A stretch of 62,481 nt of DNA, filler included, from Anaerolineae bacterium (GTDB taxonomy: Bacteria > Chloroflexota > Anaerolineae > Epilineales > Epilineaceae), in assembly GCA_029262755.1 (NCBI GenBank). It is 6 parts of 6 records of this genome, joined end to end, with 100 filler letters (N's around TTAATTAATTAA, not from the genome) between each part and the next. Parts side by side here need not be neighbours in the genome. Positions count along the whole stretch, not along the records: positions 1 to 28,839 come from JAJCYU010000084.1; positions 28,940 to 33,572 come from JAJCYU010000086.1; 4 more parts are not named here. One strand, written 5' to 3'. A program made the translations under genes and the position numbers. This document shows positions 23,076-32,308 of the stretch, piece after piece. Below the pieces are notes generated by a model. It had not been told where the DNA came from and ran no database searches. It worked only from the letters and a program-made list of their open reading frames with translations. The stretch's first letter is position 1; every line of letters starts with the position of its first letter.

Positions 23076-25856
23076 ATGCCCGATTTCGCACCTGCCCGAG
23101 CCACTCGTTCTCGCCGCGTTTCAGCGCCCGCGTCGGCGCCGCTGGACGAGACCCGGCGGTCCCTACGATCGACACGATCCTCTCGAGCCCCGCGACCGCA
23201 ACGGGCCCCGCGAACGATTGTGGCCGTTCGGATCCTACGCGCCGCAACGCTAGGCGCGCTCATCCTAACGTTCGCCGCGACTCGCGCCGACCACGCCCCG
23301 GTGACCATGCTGGCCCAGGACGCGCCGCCGCTTGCGCCAAGCGCCGCGGAACGGGTGCTCTTCGTACCGGAGCCCGGGCTCTTGGACGCCGCGCGCGCCG
23401 TGGTGCGCGACGGCGTGGTCGGCGAGCCGGTCGTGCCGGGCGACATGCGCGCGTGGCTGGCCGATGCGACGGGCGTCACCGTGCAGAATCTGGGCAGCCG
23501 GCCGACACGCCCGCTCGCGATCTACCATCGCCCGGACGGCCCCGAGGGCGATGCTTGCGCGGGCTGCGCCTTTGCCGCTGCCTCGTGCAGCGCGCCGCTC
23601 GCACCCGGCGCCACGACGCACCTCGCGCCTTGGCAGGAGGATGAACGCGGCGCCGTGACGGGGCTGCTCGCCGCAGTGTACGCGGTCAACGATCATCCGG
23701 CCCGTGACTACGGCCCCGGCTGGACGCAACTCGTCGAGGCACAGGGACTACCAGAAGACACGACGGTGGCCGATATCGTCTGCGGCGTGCTCGACGACCG
23801 CATCGACCTCGGGTGGGGCGAGAGCTGCCCTTCCGATGCCTGGTTGGCGTCATTCACTGGGGGCGAGCCTCTGCCCTTCGCTCCCGACGCCGCGCCGAAC
23901 GCACTGCCCGGCGAGCCGATCGGAGCCGTCGTGGCACCGCTCGTAGCGGTGGGGATCGAGGCGAGCCCCGCGGCCACGATCGACCGCTACCGCGCACCGG
24001 GGCACGAGATCGCCGGGTCATCGAGCGGAGCCGAAGGCGAAGAGCGCTGGACCTACGATCTACCCGGCGCGGTGGGCGATAATCCGGAGGGCGTCTTCAG
24101 CGTGGCACGGCTACTCCACCCCGGCTACGGCGAAGGCTGCGCGACGGTGCGCCTCGAGGCCTACCGCACGCAGGGCGGCTTCCTGGGCGCCGCGACCGAG
24201 GAGCTGCCGCGCGGCGGCTGGCTGACGGTCGACATGCGCCGCCTCGAGTTCGGACTGACCGGTTCGGCGGCCCTACGCATCGTGAGCGATCGTCCGCTGG
24301 CGGCCGCCCTGACCACGCGCGGCTACGGCTTCAGCCTCTCCCGACCGGCCTCGATCGATACAGGTACGGCTCCCGTACTCCTCGCGCCGCTGGCCTACCA
24401 GGCCTTCCGCCCGTTCTTCGACCTGGCGGTGGCGGACGCGGCTGGCATGGCGGACGCGAGCGTCGTGGCGGTTGAGGCGAACGGGGGCGGCACGAATGGC
24501 CTCTATGTGGCCGACTTCTGGGCGCGGCCGCGGCCTACCGGCCGGACCGCAGCGTGGAATGGGCAGTCATGGAGCAGTACCCCTTTGCGCGCGACGCCGC
24601 CGCGGTTCGTGGATGCAGACGCGCGTGCCGCGGTTGATCGGGACCGTAGCGATGGGTTCGACGTCAACACCCCGCGCGCACAAGCTGCCGACGTCTTCCT
24701 CCGCACCGACGATGCGCGCGGGTGGGAGACGAACATGGCGGCGTTCAACCGTGCGGATGAGCGGGTGGACCTGGTGTTGCGCCTGCAGGGCTTGCGGCAG
24801 CCCGCGCGGGACTCCGGATTCCCGATGGAAGCGCATATGCAGCTGGTCTTTCAGCCGGGCTTTGGGCTCGGCAAGCCGGGCGGACCGGGCTGGGCGGAGA
24901 TCTCGGCGCGCATCGTGGACGGCAGCCGCGCGACGCCGCTTGCCGCCGCCGTCGATGCGCTACGCGGTGCGACCGACGTGCCGTTCACGGTCGAGGCATG
25001 GGGCGTGCCCGCATGGGTGCAGCGATCCAGCCCGACGACCCCGGGCGAGGTGCCGCCGCGGACCATCGGCCTGCCGTCGCTGGGCGGGCCGGCCATCGGC
25101 GATCCGGCGGGCGGGACGGCGGACCCACCCGCGATGTGGGCCGCGGCCGATGCGTACACGACCACGCTCGCGGCGCGCGTCGCGATCCAGAACCCGACCC
25201 GCACAACCGTGCGCGTGGCCATCGATACCTACGCGGCGTGCGGGCTCGCGGGCACGACGGAGCGCAGCATCGACCCGCGCCAGACCGCGCACATCGCCGT
25301 CCGCGACCTGGCCGGCATCGGCTTTGCGCCGGACGCGGCGGTGATCCGCGTGCTCGAAGGCGAGGTGGCGGCCGTGGTCGAGGTGCAGCGTGTGGCGCAG
25401 ACGGACTTCCCTTCGGCGGGTATCGACCTCGCCACCGCCTACCGCGGCGCTCCCGCGGAGGAAGCCTTCGCGCCGCCCGCACCGGGGCCGCTCGTCCTGA
25501 CCGCCACCCCGTCGAGGATCGACTTCGACCTAGGCGCGACGGAGCGGGAGACGACGATTGACATCGGCACCACAGCCGGAGGGTGCGTGCGCTGGACCGC
25601 GGACGCGGACGTCGCGTGGCTGACGGTGGCGCCGCGCGAAGGCGCGCTGCCCGGATCGCTGAACGTACGCCTCGATCAAGAAGCGTTGCCGCCGCCCACG
25701 CGCGGCGAGGACAGCGCGACGGGCATCGTGCGCGTGCGCCCCATCGGCGGCGCGGGCGGCGAGGTGCTGGAGATCCCGGTCACGGTCGTCGGGCTGGAAG
25801 GACGCGCGGAGACCGAGCCGACGATCTACTTGCCCTGGACGGTGCGCGAGCGCTAA
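23076..25856 (+). CDS. Large secreted hypothetical protein with a C-terminal BACON-like domain and 'IYLPWTVR' tail
   Basis: Signal-like segment, repeated beta-rich modules, WTADADVAWLTVAPREG and terminal IYLPWTVRER. Confidence 0.7.
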   Translation: MPDFAPARATRSRRVSAPASAPLDETRRSLRSTRSSRAPRPQRAPRTIVAVRILRAATLGALILTFAATRADHAPVTMLAQDAPPLAPSAAERVLFVPEPGLLDAARAVVRDGVVGEPVVPGDMRAWLADATGVTVQNLGSRPTRPLAIYHRPDGPEGDACAGCAFAAASCSAPLAPGATTHLAPWQEDERGAVTGLLAAVYAVNDHPARDYGPGWTQLVEAQGLPEDTTVADIVCGVLDDRIDLGWGESCPSDAWLASFTGGEPLPFAPDAAPNALPGEPIGAVVAPLVAVGIEASPAATIDRYRAPGHEIAGSSSGAEGEERWTYDLPGAVGDNPEGVFSVARLLHPGYGEGCATVRLEAYRTQGGFLGAATEELPRGGWLTVDMRRLEFGLTGSAALRIVSDRPLAAALTTRGYGFSLSRPASIDTGTAPVLLAPLAYQAFRPFFDLAVADAAGMADASVVAVEANGGGTNGLYVADFWARPRPTGRTAAWNGQSWSSTPLRATPPRFVDADARAAVDRDRSDGFDVNTPRAQAADVFLRTDDARGWETNMAAFNRADERVDLVLRLQGLRQPARDSGFPMEAHMQLVFQPGFGLGKPGGPGWAEISARIVDGSRATPLAAAVDALRGATDVPFTVEAWGVPAWVQRSSPTTPGEVPPRTIGLPSLGGPAIGDPAGGTADPPAMWAAADAYTTTLAARVAIQNPTRTTVRVAIDTYAACGLAGTTERSIDPRQTAHIAVRDLAGIGFAPDAAVIRVLEGEVAAVVEVQRVAQTDFPSAGIDLATAYRGAPAEEAFAPPAPGPLVLTATPSRIDFDLGATERETTIDIGTTAGGCVRWTADADVAWLTVAPREGALPGSLNVRLDQEALPPPTRGEDSATGIVRVRPIGGAGGEVLEIPVTVVGLEGRAETEPTIYLPWTVRER

Positions 25857-25920
25857 ATCGCGTGCCTCGCGGGCCCATGTGCTTCCCACCCGAAAGCTTC
25901 CAACGCGGTTGGGCGAAACC

Positions 25921-26988
25921 CTACAGCAGCGCGTCCACCAGCTGCGCCAGCGCGCCGAAGGCGACGCCGAGGAGTACGCCGAAGACCTCAAGCCAGGCGA
26001 GGTGTTCGCGGATGTTGTCGCTGAGGATGTCGCGGATCTGGGAGGCGTCGTAGGCGGACAAGCGCTCTACGACGAGGCGCTTGACGTCAAGTTCCTCGAA
26101 GACCAGCTGCGCGACGGACTCGTGGCGCCCGTAGTGGCGCACCACCAGCGGATTGTTCGGCTCGAGCAGGAAGGCCTCCAGCGAACCCAGCTTGTCGAAG
26201 GCCGTGGCGACCATGCCTTCCTCAATGCGGAAGGTGCGGATCTCCCCGCTGATGCGCCGCAGGAGCTTGGCCGCGACGTCATCGTACGAGACGATGCCGA
26301 CGGCGTTGGCCATACGGCCCCAAAAACCGCCCTGCTCTGCAATGGCGGTACGCACCTGGGCACGCCGCGCCGGGTTGTCGACGCCGGCGATGAGGTCGTC
26401 GCGCATCTCGTCGAGCACGGCGTTCGCGCCGCCTACGAAGCGCCCTTGAAACGCGCTGACGTCCAGATCGTCGAACCAAGCGGCGAGCAGATCGGGGTTG
26501 AGGATGTGGGCTTCCATCGTGTCGGCCAGTGAAAGGATGATCGCCTCGCGCTTGGCCAGCAACACGCCGGAGCCCGGCAAGTACCAGACTTTGTCGAAGA
26601 GCATCCGGATGGCGATCGTGTTCGTGAAGCCGCCCACGAAGCCCGTGAGCAACACGTCACGCACGATCCCTGACCACGGCGTCGCCACCCGGATGTGTAC
26701 CAGCTGCGCAGCTACGAGCAGCAACCCGACCACGATGACCGCCAGCTTGCCGACGCCGAAGCGCAGCACGGCGGCCTGCAGGGGCGCGAAGGGACCTTCG
26801 CCCGGTGCGGACGGCGGCGCGGCCCGCGCCGAAGCTCGTTCGCGCGAGGCCGAGTCTCTCGGTTCGCGGCCGGACGTGGTGACGGGCACGGCGCGGCCCG
26901 TCGCGGGTTGGTCCGCGGCGACGGGTTGCGCGCCTTCCTCATCCGGGCCGGTGCCTGTTGGTCGGGGGGGAGCCTGTGTATTGGTCAT
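25921..26988 (-). CDS. DUF445-family membrane protein
   Basis: GFVGGFTNTIAIRMLF...LPGSGVL..KRE and C-terminal EHLAWLEVFGVLLG. Confidence 0.85.
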   Translation of the reverse strand: MTNTQAPPRPTGTGPDEEGAQPVAADQPATGRAVPVTTSGREPRDSASRERASARAAPPSAPGEGPFAPLQAAVLRFGVGKLAVIVVGLLLVAAQLVHIRVATPWSGIVRDVLLTGFVGGFTNTIAIRMLFDKVWYLPGSGVLLAKREAIILSLADTMEAHILNPDLLAAWFDDLDVSAFQGRFVGGANAVLDEMRDDLIAGVDNPARRAQVRTAIAEQGGFWGRMANAVGIVSYDDVAAKLLRRISGEIRTFRIEEGMVATAFDKLGSLEAFLLEPNNPLVVRHYGRHESVAQLVFEELDVKRLVVERLSAYDASQIRDILSDNIREHLAWLEVFGVLLGVAFGALAQLVDALL

Positions 26989-27025
26989 GGTTGATCAATG
27001 GTACGCGTTGCACCGTCCCGAGGTG

Positions 27026-28111
27026 TCACGCGACGGTCACGGAGCGGGCAAGCGGTCGCGATCCGCGGCGACGCGTACCCGCCCCCTTTTCGCGCACCGC
27101 TGGGGCGGGCCCATCGTCCCCGCCACGCGCCCACAACGGGGCCAGCAGACCGTCGATGACAAGTTGGGCGAGGTGGTAGACCAACAGCGGCACCGCCAGT
27201 AGACCGGCCCGAGGGTGGCCCGCGAACAGTAGGGAGATCATCGGCAAACCGAGCACCACCGTCTTCTGCGTGCCGGTGATGGTGGCCGCGATCCGGTCGG
27301 CGCGGGAGAAGCCAAGCCCTGGCAACGCGCTGAGCGCCCAAGCGATCGCGAGCAACGCGACGCGCGCGGCTACAACGATCGCGAGGATAAGCGCGATGCT
27401 CGCACCGGAGACATCGAGAGGACGGCTGAAGGTGTCCAAGAACACGAGAAACAGGATCGCAAGCAACAACGCGTTGCTAGCCTGCTTGAGCGAAGCGGCG
27501 TGCAAGTCGATCCGGTCCGCGAACCGCACGCGAAGTACCTGCCCCACCAGCACCGGTAGCAGCACGGTCAGCAGCAGCTTGCCGACAATGCCGCCGGCGT
27601 CGACCACCGCCGTGCGCCCGAGCAGGAGGAGTAGGAGCTGCGGGGTGATGAGGATGCCGAGCAGGTTGCCCAACGTGGCGTTGAACAGCGCACCGGCCTC
27701 GTTGCCGCCGGCGAGACGCGTGTAGACCACGCAGCTCGTGACGGTCGTGGGCATGCAGGCCAAGATCAGCAGGCCATGGCGCAGGTCGGGCTCGAGCGCG
27801 GTACGTGCCAGCAGCGCGTCGAAGAGCAGGAACAGCAGCGGGATCAGGGCGAGGCTCATGCCCTGCGTGAACACGTGCAGGCGTACATGCGCCGCCGCGC
27901 GGCCAAGCTCCGCGGTACGCAGGGTGAGGCCGCCGATCGCAAAGATCAGGACCACGAACAGGGTGCGCAGCGCGCCCGCCTCCGGCGAGGCCGCTACGTC
28001 GCCCATGCCGAGGGCGGCGAGCGCGCGGGCGGCGACCACCGTGAGCACGAGAGCGAGCAGGAAGCCGGGCCGCCTGCGCGAGGCGAAGGCGCCGGAGAAG
28101 TTTCGCGGCAT
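27026..28111 (-). CDS. Bile acid:sodium symporter family (SBF-like) transporter
   Basis: LACMPTTVTSCVVYT...GGNEAGALFNATLGNLLG, TQKTVVLGLP and PLLVYHLAQL; multiple TM helices. Confidence 0.9.
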   Translation of the reverse strand: MPRNFSGAFASRRRPGFLLALVLTVVAARALAALGMGDVAASPEAGALRTLFVVLIFAIGGLTLRTAELGRAAAHVRLHVFTQGMSLALIPLLFLLFDALLARTALEPDLRHGLLILACMPTTVTSCVVYTRLAGGNEAGALFNATLGNLLGILITPQLLLLLLGRTAVVDAGGIVGKLLLTVLLPVLVGQVLRVRFADRIDLHAASLKQASNALLLAILFLVFLDTFSRPLDVSGASIALILAIVVAARVALLAIAWALSALPGLGFSRADRIAATITGTQKTVVLGLPMISLLFAGHPRAGLLAVPLLVYHLAQLVIDGLLAPLWARGGDDGPAPAVREKGAGTRRRGSRPLARSVTVA

Positions 28112-28277
28112 GACGGCGCATTGTACTGACCGGCGCGGCGAAGGTCGCGCGCGAGAACGCTATACTCCGAGATTCCTGGTACCTATGCTCCTCTAACAGC
28201 CTGCGAGTAGCATGGTCGGATCACGATCTCGCCGCCCCGATTCGCGTCACCGGCCCCGACACTCTGGAGAGTCTCTG

Positions 28278-28839
28278 ATGTTCAAGCGCATGCTACAAGC
28301 CGTCTCGGGTGACCCGGCCGAACGCGAGATCAAGCGAACTGCGCCCTACGTTCGCGAGGTCGCGGGCTTCGAGGAGGAGATGGCCTCGCTGACCGACGAG
28401 CAGCTCCGCGCCAAGACCGATGCCTTCAAGGAGCGTCTAGAAGCGGGCGAGGACCTGGAGGATCTACTACCCGAGGCCTTCGCCGTGGTGCGCGAAGCCG
28501 CCAAACGCACGATCGGCTTGCGGCACTACGACGAGCAGATCATCGGTGGCGTGATCCTGCACAAGGGCATCGTCGGCGAGATGAAGACCGGTGAGGGCAA
28601 GACCCTCGTCGCCACGCTGCCGCTCTACCTCAATGCCCTGACCGGCAAGGGCTGCCATCTGGTCACGCCGAACGACTATCTGTCCAAGGTCGGCGTGCAG
28701 TCGATGGGCCCTGTATACCACTTCCTCGGTCTCAACGTCGGCGTCATCCAAAACATGGGCAACAACCCGCAGATGGCGTCCTTCCTCTACGATCCGGACT
28801 TTCAGGCGGCGGACGACCGCTACCAGCACCTGCGCCCCG
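28278..28839 (+). CDS. secA: Preprotein translocase SecA, N-terminal fragment (contig end)
   Basis: [39 protein letters not shown] and VTPNDYL. Confidence 0.97.
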
Positions 28840-28939
28840 NNNNNNNNNNNNNNNNNNNNNNNNNNNNNNNNNNNNNNNNNNNNTTAATTAATTAANNNNN
28901 NNNNNNNNNNNNNNNNNNNNNNNNNNNNNNNNNNNNNNN
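28840..28939. other. Artificial contig spacer
   Basis: N44-TTAATTAATTAA-N44; the genes on both sides are truncated. Confidence 0.99.
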
Positions 28940-29253
28940 AGATCTGGTTTCTCTGCCGTCAGTACGACGCGGCGCAGGCCCTGGAGATGGGGCTCGTCAA
29001 CACCGTGGTGCCGCTGGACGAGCTGGAGGCCACAACCGTGGGTTGGTGCCGCGAGATGCTGGCGCTCTCCCCGCTCGCCCTGCGCTTCATCAAGATGGGC
29101 ATGAACGCGGAGCTGGACGGCCAAGCGGGCCTGCAGCAGTTCGCGGGCGACGCCACGTTGCTCTACTACATGACCGAAGAGGGTACGGAGGGCAAGAAGG
29201 CCTTCTTGGAGAAGCGCAAGCCCGACTTCGACCGGTTCCCACGCTTTCCGTAG
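28940..29253 (+). CDS. menB: 1,4-dihydroxy-2-naphthoyl-CoA synthase, C-terminal fragment
   Basis: [24 protein letters not shown]...[34 protein letters not shown]. Confidence 0.95.
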
Positions 29254-29402
29254 CCATACAGGGCGTTCGCTACGGAGCGGTCGTTAGTTGCAGTCCGCTG
29301 ACGCACGGTCGCAGTTCTCTGATCTCGCATCTCGCAGACCAAGGTTCGCAGCACCACCGCTCTGTCCGCGATACGACGATTCCGTTCGCGAATCCACACG
29401 CT

Positions 29403-29504
29403 CGACCGCCGTAGTTTCGTCCCGACCGCCACAGTCCGTCACGACCGAGCTGTTCCGTCCCGACCGCCAGAGTCCGTCACGACCGGATGGTTCCGTCCCG
29501 ACCG
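29403..29504 (+). repeat. Tandem array with 19-bp period, core TYCGTCMCGACCG (5 copies plus one partial)
   Basis: Cores start at 29416, 29435, 29454, 29473 and 29492, separated by variable 6-nt linkers. The alternating C/A gives a 38-bp superperiod. Confidence 0.9.
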
Positions 29505-29583
29505 TTGCCCTGGCGTCCATACCGACAGATTGCTTTGCTGAACAAGCAACCACCGTTCGTCACCGTCGCGCCAAGGACGTCCC

Positions 29584-30552
29584 ATGTTGCGAGCATGGTG
29601 GCTGGCCAGCCGCCCCAAAACCCTATCGGCATCCGCGGCGCCCGTCGCGGTGGGCGCGGCCCTCGCGGCCGCGGCTCAGGCCAACCTCGGTATCGAGGTC
29701 TTCGCGGGTGACGTCGCGCTGGCCGCGCTCCTCGGCGCGCTGCTGATCCAGATCGGCACGAACTTCGCCAACGATGTCCTCGACTTTCGCAAGGGCGCGG
29801 ACACGGCGGAGCGTCTCGGCCCGGTTCGTGTCACGCAAGCGGGCTTGCTCACGCCACGGGCTGTGACGATCGGCACGGCCGTCGCGTTTGCGCTGGCCTC
29901 CGTGGTCGGCATCTACATCGTGTTTCGCGCGGGCTGGCCAGGCGGAGCACCGATTCTGATCCTCGGTGTTGTTGCGATTCTCTCCGGCATCGCCTATACG
30001 GCCGGCCCCTACCCGTTGGCCTATGTGGGGTTAGGCGACTTGTTCGTGTTGATCTTCTTCGGCGTCGCGGCCGTGGCCGGCACGTACTACGCCCAAGTAG
30101 AAGCCCAGACCGTGGCCTTGGCCAGCACCATCGGTCTGAGCTGGATGCCACGGGCGATCGCACTCGGCATTTCCGTGGGCGCGTTGTCCATGGCCATCCT
30201 CAACGTCAACAACCTACGTGACCGCGTGGGCGACGCCGCCGTCGGCAAGCGCACGATGGCCGTCCGCCTAGGTGCGGACCGGACCCGCGTGTACTACGAA
30301 GCGCTGATCTTCCTGGCCTTCGCGATTCCCGTCGGCCTCGTCGCCTTCGGCTGGCTCGGGCCTGCCACGCTCATCGTGCTCGGCGCCGTACCGCTGGCCC
30401 TCGAACCGGCCCGCCACGTACGCACCGGACGGGAAGGCCGCGACCTGAACCCGGTTCTGGCCGCAACGGCCCGTCTTCAGATGGCCCACGCGGCATTGCT
30501 GGCCGTCGGGCTCCTGATCGACGCCTTCGCGATGTCGCGGATCGGTGGCTGA
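29584..30552 (+). CDS. menA: 1,4-dihydroxy-2-naphthoate polyprenyltransferase
   Basis: [46 protein letters not shown] and NNLRD...D...[10 protein letters not shown]. Confidence 0.96.
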   Translation: MLRAWWLASRPKTLSASAAPVAVGAALAAAAQANLGIEVFAGDVALAALLGALLIQIGTNFANDVLDFRKGADTAERLGPVRVTQAGLLTPRAVTIGTAVAFALASVVGIYIVFRAGWPGGAPILILGVVAILSGIAYTAGPYPLAYVGLGDLFVLIFFGVAAVAGTYYAQVEAQTVALASTIGLSWMPRAIALGISVGALSMAILNVNNLRDRVGDAAVGKRTMAVRLGADRTRVYYEALIFLAFAIPVGLVAFGWLGPATLIVLGAVPLALEPARHVRTGREGRDLNPVLAATARLQMAHAALLAVGLLIDAFAMSRIGG

Positions 30553-31723
30553 GCCCGACCGCGTGCGCGGTCCCGAGCACTGGCCTCCGCGCGTGCGCGT
30601 CACGGCCTTCGACCTACCCTTCGCCCGCCCCTTCACCACCGCCTCCGGTGTGTACACCCGGCGGCGAGGCTGGCTTGTGCGTATCGGCGATGCATCCTCG
30701 CCCCCGGTCGGCTACGGGGAGGCGGCGCCGCTACCGGGCCACGGAGGCGAACCCCTTGCGGACGTGCGCCCTGCCATCGCCGCCCTGGCACGGATTCTCG
30801 CCGCCGCACCGCCTCCTGGCGATGACTCGCGCGAAGCACTCACATCCCTCGCGGCCGAGCTGAGCGCCGCCGTCCCCCACGCACCGTGTGCCGTCGCGGC
30901 CGTCGTCACCGCGCTCGCCGATCGCGCGGCGCGCCGGAGCGGGCTGCCCCTCGCGCGTTGGCTGGACGCATCGGCGACGGCCGGTGTCGACGTGAACGCG
31001 ACGATCGGCGCGGTGCCGCCGGCGGAGGCCGCTGAACGTGCCCGCGCCGCTGTCGCGGCGGGCTTCCGCACCCTCAAGCTCAAGATGGGCGACGGACCCG
31101 TAGACATCGCGCGAGCCCGCGCCGTTCGCGCTGCCGTGGGCCCCACGGTGCGCCTACGCGGTGACGCGAACGGCGGGTGGAGCGAGGACAGCGCGCGCTG
31201 CAAGCTCGCCGCCCTTGCGCCGCTCGACCTCGCCTTCGTCGAGCAACCGACCGCCGCCTCCGACGTCGCGGCGCTCGCACGCCTGCATGCATGGTCGCCG
31301 GTCCCGATCGCAGCGGACGAAGCTCTCCTGCCGCCGCTCGGCCCGGGCGCGGAAGCGCTGCTCCAGACGCAGGCCGCGAGCGTGTGGGTCCTGAAGCCGG
31401 CCCTGCTCGGCGGGCCGTTCGTCGCGATGGACCTGGCCCAACGTGCGGCGGCGGCCGGCATCGAGGTCGTGATCACGACGGCGCTCGACGCAGCGGTCGG
31501 ACGGCGCATGGCGATGCATGTCGCGTCCGCGATTACAGGTCGCCGCCACGCGGACGGACTGGCCACGGCCGGGTTCCTGGCCGAAGATGTGGGTCCGGAC
31601 ACGCCGATAGAAGCGGGGCGGGTGCACGTCTTCGACCTTGGCCTTGCCGACGATGCCGATGGCTGCTTCCACGGCCTCGGCTCCGTACCGGCCGTGGCGA
31701 TCGATCGGTGGGAGGCACCATGA
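30545..31723 (+). CDS. menC: o-succinylbenzoate synthase (enolase superfamily)
   Basis: GEAAPLPG, KLKMG, RGDANGGW, FVEQP, IAADEA and VLKP; located in the men cluster. Confidence 0.9.
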   Translation: MAEPDRVRGPEHWPPRVRVTAFDLPFARPFTTASGVYTRRRGWLVRIGDASSPPVGYGEAAPLPGHGGEPLADVRPAIAALARILAAAPPPGDDSREALTSLAAELSAAVPHAPCAVAAVVTALADRAARRSGLPLARWLDASATAGVDVNATIGAVPPAEAAERARAAVAAGFRTLKLKMGDGPVDIARARAVRAAVGPTVRLRGDANGGWSEDSARCKLAALAPLDLAFVEQPTAASDVAALARLHAWSPVPIAADEALLPPLGPGAEALLQTQAASVWVLKPALLGGPFVAMDLAQRAAAAGIEVVITTALDAAVGRRMAMHVASAITGRRHADGLATAGFLAEDVGPDTPIEAGRVHVFDLGLADDADGCFHGLGSVPAVAIDRWEAP

Positions 31724-32271
31724 GCAAGCGCGCGCCGCAGCGGGACGTCGACATCCTGGATGCCACGCTCGGACCGGAGCAGCTGCTCGTCCTCTACGAC
31801 GGTACCTGAGGCGTGTGCTCCGACTCGGCTCGTCGGATGGCACGTTGGGATCGACGTGCACGGATCTGTTGGCTTCCATCGAAGAAGCCGGGCCTTGCCG
31901 AGGCGGCCGGCCTGAGCCGCGCACAGCTCGACGCCGCCTTGTGGGCCGTCACACCGGCCGGCCGGCAGCTTCGCGGCGCGGGCGGTGTCCTGGCCGCATT
32001 CGATGCCGCCGCCCTCGGCGATCGCCGGATCGCGCGGACGGTCTACGCCATTCCGGGCCTCCGCAGCGCCTTCGACGCCGGCTATGCGCTCTTCGCGCGC
32101 CACCGCGGGCGCTTCGGCGGAACGGCCGCATGCAGCCTTCGATCGCCGGCCCCCTTGGACGATTCATCCGTTGCCGAGCTCGCACGGCGGCGGGCTGTGG
32201 CGCGCGGAGAGCTCCACGTAGGCGAAGGAATCAGCGACGCGGATTCCGCCGATCGAGCGGACCTCGCGTGA
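31720..32271 (+). CDS. DCC1-like (DUF393) thiol-disulfide oxidoreductase with in-frame TGA at codon 30; probable selenoprotein of 183 aa
   Basis: GGAGG SD and ATG overlapping the menC stop (ATGA). Reads LLVLYDGT[TGA 31807-31809]GVCSDSARRMARWDRRARI...GRQLRGAGGV...GYALFARHRGRFG, matching the family pattern YDGxCxxC...D...Y...ARxR. Confidence 0.82.
31815..31843 (+). promoter_or_regulatory. Candidate bacterial SECIS hairpin
   Basis: GTGC-TCCGAC-[TCGGCTC]-GTCGGA-TG-GCAC begins 6 nt after the UGA. The G-containing apical loop starts 16 nt downstream of the UGA. Confidence 0.55.
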
Positions 32272-32308
32272 TGCGCGCGCGGATCGAGGCGGCGCGTGGA
32301 GGCCCCCC

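Noticed and set aside
29403..29504. Repeat array as a CRISPR
   Set aside because: The 13-bp repeats and 6-nt spacers are far too short, and no cas genes are present.
31813..32271. 152-aa ORF starting at GTG 31813 as an independent gene
   Set aside because: It lacks an SD and begins in the middle of the DxxCxxC motif. It is better explained as the post-UGA part of the gene starting at 31720.
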